Assembly: GCA_945906915.1 (NCBI GenBank)
Contig: CAMDSI010000001.1
Span: forward strand, 1-45,714
DNA from: Spirosoma fluviale
GTDB taxonomy: Bacteria; Bacteroidota; Bacteroidia; Cytophagales; Spirosomataceae
Reading direction: 5' to 3'
DNA: 45,714 nt
A model generated the notes under the pieces. The model was not told the DNA's origin. It saw nothing but the letters and a program-made list of their open reading frames with translations, and ran no database searches. Positions 39,476-45,714 of this stretch are shown here, one piece after another. The first letter of the stretch is position 1. Each line of letters begins with the position of its first letter. The translations under genes were made by a program, and so were the position numbers.

Positions 39476-41740
39476 ATGGCCTTTGATATTGAAATGATTA
39501 AAGCTGTTTACGATCGCATGCCGGCTCGCATAGCTGCTGCTCGTGCGTTAACAGGTAAACCGCTTACATTAACAGAAAAAATTCTTTATAGCCATCTATG
39601 GGAAGGCGAAGCCTCTACTGCTTGTGCAAGAGGTGCTTCTTATGTAGATTTTGCGCCAGACCGTGTAGCGATGCAAGATGCGACAGCTCAAATGGCCTTA
39701 TTACAATTCATGCAAGCCGGACGTCCACAAGTGGCTGTACCTTCAACTGTGCATTGTGATCACTTAATTGAAGCTAAAGTAGCCTCTACTACCGATTTAA
39801 AAGTAGCGGTTGATAAAAATAAAGAGGTCTATGACTTCTTGTCGTCTGTTTCAGACAAATATGGTATCGGTTTCTGGAAACCAGGTGCAGGTATCATTCA
39901 CCAAGTAGTATTAGAAAATTATGCCTTCCCTGGAGGAATGATGATCGGAACTGATTCTCACACAGTCAATGCGGGTGGATTAGGAATGATTGCAATCGGT
40001 GTAGGTGGTGCTGATGCCTGCGATGTAATGGCAGGTTTAGCTTGGGAATTAAAGTTCCCTAAACTAATTGGAGTTAAACTAACAGGTAAATTAAATGGTT
40101 GGACCTCTGCGAAAGATGTTATTTTGAAGGTAGCAGGCATTCTTACTGTAAAAGGTGGAACGGGTGCAGTCGTTGAATATTTTGGCGAAGGAGCGACATC
40201 CATGTCTTGTACTGGTAAAGGAACCATTTGTAATATGGGTGCTGAAATCGGTGCGACTACTTCCACGTTTGGTTATGATGCATCGATGGCCCGTTATTTA
40301 GAGTCTACCGGTCGTGCGGATGTAGCCGCTTTAGCGAATGGTGTGAAAGAACACTTAACAGCTGATCCTGAAGTATACGCTAGCCCAGAAAAATACTTCG
40401 ATCAAGTAATTGAAATCGATTTAGATACATTAGAGCCACACTTGAATGGTCCTTTCACTCCAGATTTAGCTACGCCTATTTCTAAGATGAAAGAAATGGC
40501 TGAGAAAAATGGCTGGCCTACGAAAGTGGAAGTTGGTTTAATCGGTTCATGTACGAACTCGTCATACGAAGACATAGCACGTGCTGCGTCCTTAGCGAAA
40601 CAAGTAGCTGCTAAAGGATTAAAAACAAAAGCGCAATTCACGATTACACCCGGCTCTGAACTAGTTCGCTATACGATCGAGCGGGATGGTTTCATCGCGA
40701 CATTTGATTCAATTGGTGCAACCGTATTCTCTAATGCTTGTGGACCTTGCATAGGCCAATGGGCTCGTCCAGGTGCTGAAAAAGGAGAAAAGAATACGAT
40801 TGTTCACTCTTTCAATAGAAACTTTGCAAAACGTGCAGATGGTAATCCTAACACCTTCGCCTTTGTAGCATCTCCAGAAATGGTGACTGCCTTAGCGATA
40901 GCTGGTGATCTTACTTTCAACCCATTAACGGATACTTTAACGAACGATAAGGGAGAACAAGTTAAATTAGACGCCCCTTCAGGAGATGAATTACCGAAAT
41001 TAGGATTCGCTGCTGAAGATGCTGGCTACCAAGCTCCAGCAGAAGACGGTTCAGGCGTTCAAGTAAAAGTTTCTGTTACTTCAGATCGTTTACAATTATT
41101 AGATCCATTCGCTGCTTGGGAAGGATCAGATTTGAAAGGTTTGAAATTATTAATAAAGGCCAAAGGTAAATGTACCACAGATCATATTTCTATGGCAGGT
41201 CCTTGGTTGAAATACCGCGGCCATTTAGACAATATCTCTAACAACATGTTAATAGGTGCAGTTAACTTCTTCAATGAGAAGACAGATAACGTAAAGAACG
41301 CCTTAACGGGAGAATATGGTCCAGTTCCTGCTACACAACGTGCTTATAAAGCAGCAGGAGTAGGAACAATTGTAGTAGGAGATACTAACTACGGTGAAGG
41401 TTCATCACGCGAGCATGCAGCTATGGAACCACGTCATTTAGGTGTTCGTGCGGTTCTAGTAAAATCTTTCGCTCGTATTCATGAAACGAATTTGAAAAAG
41501 CAAGGCATGTTAGCCTTGACTTTTACAAATGAAGCTGATTATGACAAAATACAAGAAGACGATGCGATCAACATTGTAGGTTTAGGAAGCTTTGCTCCGG
41601 AGAAATCCTTGACTATTGAGTTAATTCATTCAAATGGTAGTACAGAGAGTTTTGCTGTAAACCATACCTATAATGAACAACAAATCGAATGGTTCAAAGC
41701 AGGTGGTGCCTTAAACATCATACGTGCATCAGTAAAATAA
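39476..41740 (+). CDS. Aconitate hydratase (mitochondrial-type, Bacteroidota)
   Basis: [39 protein letters not shown] and [10 protein letters not shown] motifs. Confidence 0.96.
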   Translation: MAFDIEMIKAVYDRMPARIAAARALTGKPLTLTEKILYSHLWEGEASTACARGASYVDFAPDRVAMQDATAQMALLQFMQAGRPQVAVPSTVHCDHLIEAKVASTTDLKVAVDKNKEVYDFLSSVSDKYGIGFWKPGAGIIHQVVLENYAFPGGMMIGTDSHTVNAGGLGMIAIGVGGADACDVMAGLAWELKFPKLIGVKLTGKLNGWTSAKDVILKVAGILTVKGGTGAVVEYFGEGATSMSCTGKGTICNMGAEIGATTSTFGYDASMARYLESTGRADVAALANGVKEHLTADPEVYASPEKYFDQVIEIDLDTLEPHLNGPFTPDLATPISKMKEMAEKNGWPTKVEVGLIGSCTNSSYEDIARAASLAKQVAAKGLKTKAQFTITPGSELVRYTIERDGFIATFDSIGATVFSNACGPCIGQWARPGAEKGEKNTIVHSFNRNFAKRADGNPNTFAFVASPEMVTALAIAGDLTFNPLTDTLTNDKGEQVKLDAPSGDELPKLGFAAEDAGYQAPAEDGSGVQVKVSVTSDRLQLLDPFAAWEGSDLKGLKLLIKAKGKCTTDHISMAGPWLKYRGHLDNISNNMLIGAVNFFNEKTDNVKNALTGEYGPVPATQRAYKAAGVGTIVVGDTNYGEGSSREHAAMEPRHLGVRAVLVKSFARIHETNLKKQGMLALTFTNEADYDKIQEDDAINIVGLGSFAPEKSLTIELIHSNGSTESFAVNHTYNEQQIEWFKAGGALNIIRASVK

Positions 41741-41776
41741 TTTGAAATAGGGGTAAAATTGCTTAATTTTGCCCCT
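41741..41776 (+). promoter_or_regulatory. prs promoter embedded in the post-aconitase hairpin
   Basis: TTTG-N19-TAATTTTG (41741-41771) overlaps the stem AGGGGTAAAATT-GCTT-AATTTTGCCCCT (41749-41776). Confidence 0.6.
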
Positions 41777-41806
41777 TATTAAAAAATAATAAGCCCTTAC
41801 AAACCC

Positions 41807-42748
41807 ATGGCAGCTATTAACGCAGTTAAAATATTTTCTGGTTCTGCATCTAATTATTTAGCGAAGGATATAGCTAAGTATTATGGAAAAGATTTAGGCG
41901 CTGTAACGACTTTAAAGTTCTCAGACGGTGAAATGTCACCAAGTTTTGACGAATCAGTACGTGGATGTGATGTATTTATCATTCAATCTACGTTCCCTTC
42001 GGCGGATAATTTGATGGAGTTATTATTAATGATCGATGCCGCTAGACGTGCATCGGCTCACTACGTAACGGCTGTTATTCCTTATTTTGGTTATTCCCGT
42101 CAAGATCGCAAAGATCGTCCACGCGTGGGTATTGGAGCAAAATTAATTGGCAATTTATTAACTGCAGCAGGAGCAGATCGTTTAATGACGATTGACTTAC
42201 ATGCAGGCCAAATCCAAGGTTTCATGGACTTCCCAGTAGATCACTTAGAAGGTAATGCCATCTTTGTTCCCTATTTAAAGTCTTTAAATTTAGAGAACAT
42301 CCTTTTCGCATCACCCGACGTGGGAGGCGTTGTTCGTACGCGTAATATGGCCAAATTCTTCAATGCGGAGATGGTTATTTGCGATAAGCACCGTAAGCGT
42401 GCTAATGAAATTGCTTCGATGCAATTAATTGGAGACGTAAAGGGTGCTGATGTGATCTTAGTCGATGACTTAATTGATACCGGAGGTACTTTGTGCAAAG
42501 CGGCTCAATTAATCATGGACAAGGGAGCAAATTCAGTAAGGGCGGTTGTCACCCACCCGGTTTTATCAGGAAAAGCATACGAAAACATTTCTAATTCTGT
42601 TTTAACAGAATTATTAGTGACGGATACCATTCCTTCTAAACAAGCTTGTGACAAAATTAAGATTCTTTCGGTTGCTGAGCTTTTTGCAAAGGCTATCGGA
42701 CGTATCCGTGATCACGAATCTATCAGTTCATTATTTATTAAATATTAA
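41807..42748 (+). CDS. prs: Ribose-phosphate pyrophosphokinase
   Basis: FSDGE, PYFGYSRQDRK, DLHAGQIQGF and VDDLIDTGGT motifs. Confidence 0.98.
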   Translation: MAAINAVKIFSGSASNYLAKDIAKYYGKDLGAVTTLKFSDGEMSPSFDESVRGCDVFIIQSTFPSADNLMELLLMIDAARRASAHYVTAVIPYFGYSRQDRKDRPRVGIGAKLIGNLLTAAGADRLMTIDLHAGQIQGFMDFPVDHLEGNAIFVPYLKSLNLENILFASPDVGGVVRTRNMAKFFNAEMVICDKHRKRANEIASMQLIGDVKGADVILVDDLIDTGGTLCKAAQLIMDKGANSVRAVVTHPVLSGKAYENISNSVLTELLVTDTIPSKQACDKIKILSVAELFAKAIGRIRDHESISSLFIKY

Positions 42749-42756
42749 TTTCAACC

Positions 42757-42794
42757 GTTTCTAGGGGATAGCCTTTGTGCGAAAGACTAGAAGC
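42757..42794 (+). ncRNA. Candidate leader RNA upstream of rplY
   Basis: GUUUCUAG/CUAGAAGC stem with a purine-rich asymmetric loop and an inner CUUU/AAAG stem. Confidence 0.35.
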
Positions 42795-42809
42795 ATTAAC
42801 AAAAACAAG

Positions 42810-43376
42810 ATGAAAAAATTAGAGATTGTAGGGTTTAAAAGAGCGAATCTCGGTACGAAGAGCGCAAATGATTTACGCAACGAAGCTTTAGCACCATGTG
42901 TATTGTATGGTGGTTCTGAGCAAGTTCATTTCGCTGTTCCAATGATCCTTTTCCGCGAATTATTATATTCTGCGGATGTATACGAAGTTGAATTAAACAT
43001 TGAGGGTACTAAATACCGTGCCATCCTTCAAGATGCACAATTTCACCCAGTGAACGAGATGATCTACCATGTAGACTTCTTAGAAATTCAAAAAGGCAAG
43101 GCAATCAAGATTGCTGTACCTATTAAAGTAGTTGGAAATTCTCCAGGTGTTATAAAAGGGGGTAAAATGGTGCAAAAATTACGTAAAGTAACTTTACGTG
43201 GTCAAGCAGAAAGCATTCCTGATTTCGTAACAGTTGATATTTCTGGTTTAGACTTAGGTCAAACAGTTAAAGTAAACAAACTACAGGTAGAAGGATGTGA
43301 GATCTTAAATCCAATGTCTAACCCAGTAGCAACAATCGATATCCCAAGAGCATTAAGAGGCAAGTTAACTGCTTAA
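42810..43376 (+). CDS. rplY: 50S ribosomal protein L25/general stress protein Ctc
   Basis: PCVLYG, QFHPV...HVDF and GVIKGG motifs; follows prs; ATG at 42810. Confidence 0.96.
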   Translation: MKKLEIVGFKRANLGTKSANDLRNEALAPCVLYGGSEQVHFAVPMILFRELLYSADVYEVELNIEGTKYRAILQDAQFHPVNEMIYHVDFLEIQKGKAIKIAVPIKVVGNSPGVIKGGKMVQKLRKVTLRGQAESIPDFVTVDISGLDLGQTVKVNKLQVEGCEILNPMSNPVATIDIPRALRGKLTA

Positions 43377-43411
43377 TTTCTTTAAAGGATTTCACTGATT
43401 GATAGATAAAG

Positions 43412-43441
43412 AAAAAGCCCCGCAATTGCGGGGCTTTTTTT
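43412..43441. terminator. Bidirectional intrinsic terminator (rplY / hppA)
   Basis: Perfect palindrome AAAAAGCCCCGCAATTGCGGGGCTTTTT. Confidence 0.9.
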
Positions 43442-43461
43442 ATGCCTATACCTACATAAAC

Positions 43462-45642
43462 TTATTTCTTAGCTACAAACGCTTTCACGATAGGAGCCTT
43501 TTCGATCTTCGCTGCATGATCAGTAGAACCTACGTGAATGTAAGGAGCAATAACCAACGATACGATCGACATCAATTTAATCAAGATGTTCATAGAAGGA
43601 CCGGACGTATCTTTGAATGGATCTCCCACTGTGTCACCTGTTACGGCAGCTTTATGAGGCTCAGAACCTTTCTTATATGTTTGACCATCGATCAAAACGC
43701 CCTTCTCAAATGATTTCTTAGCGTTATCCCAAGCTCCACCTGCATTTGATTGGAAAATACCCATCAATACACCTGAAACGGTTACTCCAGCTAATACACC
43801 CCCTAAAACTTCAGGTCCCATTGTAAAACCAACAATAACAGGAACTGTTAAAGCGATTGCGCCTGGAAGTATCATTTGACGGATAGAAGCCTCAGTAGAG
43901 ATTGCTACACATTTTTCATATTCTGGCTTCGCTTTGTATTCCATGATACCAGGAATCTCGCGGAACTGACGACGAACTTCGTTCACCATTTCCATAGCCG
44001 CTTTACCTACTGCTGAAATACATAAAGCAGAGAATATGAATGGAATCATTCCACCTACAAATAAACCAGCTAATACATCTGCTTTATAAATATCGATAGA
44101 ACTAATTCCTGCAATACCCACGAAAGCTGCAAATAAAGCTAAGGAAGTTAAAGCAGCCGAAGCAATGGCAAAACCTTTACCCGTTGCCGCAGTTGTATTT
44201 CCTACTGCATCTAAATTATCTGTACGATCACGAACCTCGGATGGTAATTGTGCCATTTCAGCGATACCGCCTGCATTATCAGCAATAGGACCAAAAGCAT
44301 CAATAGCTAATTGCATAGCCGTTGTAGCCATCATACCCGCCGCAGCGATAGAAACACCATAAATACCAGCAAAGTGGTAAGAACCGATAATACCCGCAGC
44401 TAAAACTAAAATAGGTAATACCGTAGACTCCATACCTACCGCTAAACCACCAATAATGTTAGTCGCATGACCTGTACCCGATTTTTGTACAATTGAATCT
44501 ACTGGACGCTTTCCCATCGCAGTATAATATTCTGTAATAATGGACATCAAAGTTCCTACCACTAAACCCACGATAATCGCATAAAACACATCCATTGAAG
44601 TAAATGTAGTACCACGAAGCGTTAAGTATTCTGGCAAGATATGCTTAACTAAGAAATAAGATGTCACGAATGTAATGGCAATAGAAGTATAATTACCTAC
44701 GTTCAACGCATTTTGAACAGAAGCCGTTTCACTAGAAATACGAACGAAGAACGTACTTACTAAGGAAGCTAACAAGCCAACACCTGCGATTAACATCGGT
44801 AACAAGACAGGGGAGAAGCCTCCATAATTATCTGTAACAGATATTTCTTGACCTAAAACCATTGTCGCAAGGATAGTAGCCACATAAGAACCAAATAAAT
44901 CAGCACCCATACCAGCCACATCGCCTACGTTATCACCCACGTTATCTGCAATAGTAGCCGGATTACGAACGTCATCTTCTGGGATACCAGCTTCTACTTT
45001 TCCTACTAAGTCAGCACCAACGTCGGCTGCTTTAGTATAAATACCACCTCCTACACGAGCAAATAAAGCAATAGATTCAGCACCTAAAGAGAAACCAGCT
45101 AAAACCTCGATGGCCGTTCTCATCTCTATTGAAGTCAAAGCTTGGCCCTGAGCAAAGATTTGGTAGAAAGCAATAAACAAACCACCTAAACCTAAAATAG
45201 CTAAACCAGCAACTCCCATTCCCATCACAGAACCTCCAGTGAAAGAAACATTCAAGGCTTTTGCTAAAGAAGTTCTAGCTGCCTCGGCCGTACGAACATT
45301 CGCCTTAGTAGCGACGATCATTCCAATATAACCAGCCGTTGCTGAAAATACAGCACCGATTAAAAAAGCAACTGCAATTAAAGGAGAGGAGTGAATCGGA
45401 TTTTCCGGAGTTCCCTCTTGAGATCCTAACCAAGCTAATAAAATAGCGGTAGGAATAGCGAAATAAGTTAAAATTCTCCATTCTGCTTTTAAGAAGGCTA
45501 TCGCACCATCTGCGATATAACCAGCCAACTCCTGCATTTTTTCGTTTCCGGCATCCTGTTTAGAGACCCAGTTAAATTTCCATGCTGTGTACAGCAATCC
45601 CACTATACCAAAAGCAGGAACTAAGTAAACAATTTGATTCAT
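43462..45642 (-). CDS. hppA: Membrane-bound K+-dependent ion-translocating pyrophosphatase (probably H+-pumping)
   Basis: [33 protein letters not shown] and [10 protein letters not shown] motifs. Confidence 0.95.
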   Translation of the reverse strand: MNQIVYLVPAFGIVGLLYTAWKFNWVSKQDAGNEKMQELAGYIADGAIAFLKAEWRILTYFAIPTAILLAWLGSQEGTPENPIHSSPLIAVAFLIGAVFSATAGYIGMIVATKANVRTAEAARTSLAKALNVSFTGGSVMGMGVAGLAILGLGGLFIAFYQIFAQGQALTSIEMRTAIEVLAGFSLGAESIALFARVGGGIYTKAADVGADLVGKVEAGIPEDDVRNPATIADNVGDNVGDVAGMGADLFGSYVATILATMVLGQEISVTDNYGGFSPVLLPMLIAGVGLLASLVSTFFVRISSETASVQNALNVGNYTSIAITFVTSYFLVKHILPEYLTLRGTTFTSMDVFYAIIVGLVVGTLMSIITEYYTAMGKRPVDSIVQKSGTGHATNIIGGLAVGMESTVLPILVLAAGIIGSYHFAGIYGVSIAAAGMMATTAMQLAIDAFGPIADNAGGIAEMAQLPSEVRDRTDNLDAVGNTTAATGKGFAIASAALTSLALFAAFVGIAGISSIDIYKADVLAGLFVGGMIPFIFSALCISAVGKAAMEMVNEVRRQFREIPGIMEYKAKPEYEKCVAISTEASIRQMILPGAIALTVPVIVGFTMGPEVLGGVLAGVTVSGVLMGIFQSNAGGAWDNAKKSFEKGVLIDGQTYKKGSEPHKAAVTGDTVGDPFKDTSGPSMNILIKLMSIVSLVIAPYIHVGSTDHAAKIEKAPIVKAFVAKK

Positions 45643-45714
45643 AAAGGTTAATTTAGATTATACTCAAAAAATTTAGCACAATTTAGGTAAAAAGGTGCAA
45701 ATAAACAATTAGAA

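Noticed and set aside
2405-44362. Short ORF-track entries antisense to or nested within long genes (e.g. 2405-2647, 12863-13222, 16895-17254, 18184-18795, 39958-40266, 43399-43713)
   Set aside because: They are shadow frames of well-conserved genes, with no recognisable motifs or independent expression signals.

Overview
A compact, AT-rich Bacteroidota chromosomal window. Protein families, TAnnTTTG promoters, A-rich start regions without Shine-Dalgarno sequences and very short intergenic gaps fit a streamlined Cytophagales genome such as Aquirufa (inference). There are about 36 CDS, and I found no tRNA, rRNA, CRISPR array, IS or prophage. In order: a non-phosphorylative sugar-acid catabolic cluster (FAH hydrolase, lactonase, SDR, D-TA-family PLP enzyme, M19 dipeptidase-like protein, plus a convergent SDR and IlvD/Edd dehydratase); a PliI-like protein, MalY/PatB and a DUF1460 amidase; a maltose/maltodextrin locus (MFS, GH13, pgmB, GH65); a eukaryote-like DEGS1-type sphingolipid desaturase divergent from dnaK; a cysteine desulfurase-XdhC-DUF3050 operon; thrS-infC-rpmI-rplT; ALDH, menE/menB, EVE, a methyltransferase, folD, topA, DUF5686, aconitase, prs, rplY and hppA. 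The most notable observations are the DEGS-like desaturase, a sigma54-like promoter plus palindrome before dnaK, a 136-bp element with long inverted repeats and heptamer arms, heptamer tracts at stop codons, candidate L20 and L25 leader RNAs, a shared 16-bp maltose-locus operator candidate, and the desulfurase/XdhC/diiron-oxidase operon. All family assignments come from motif recognition by eye; no database search was run.
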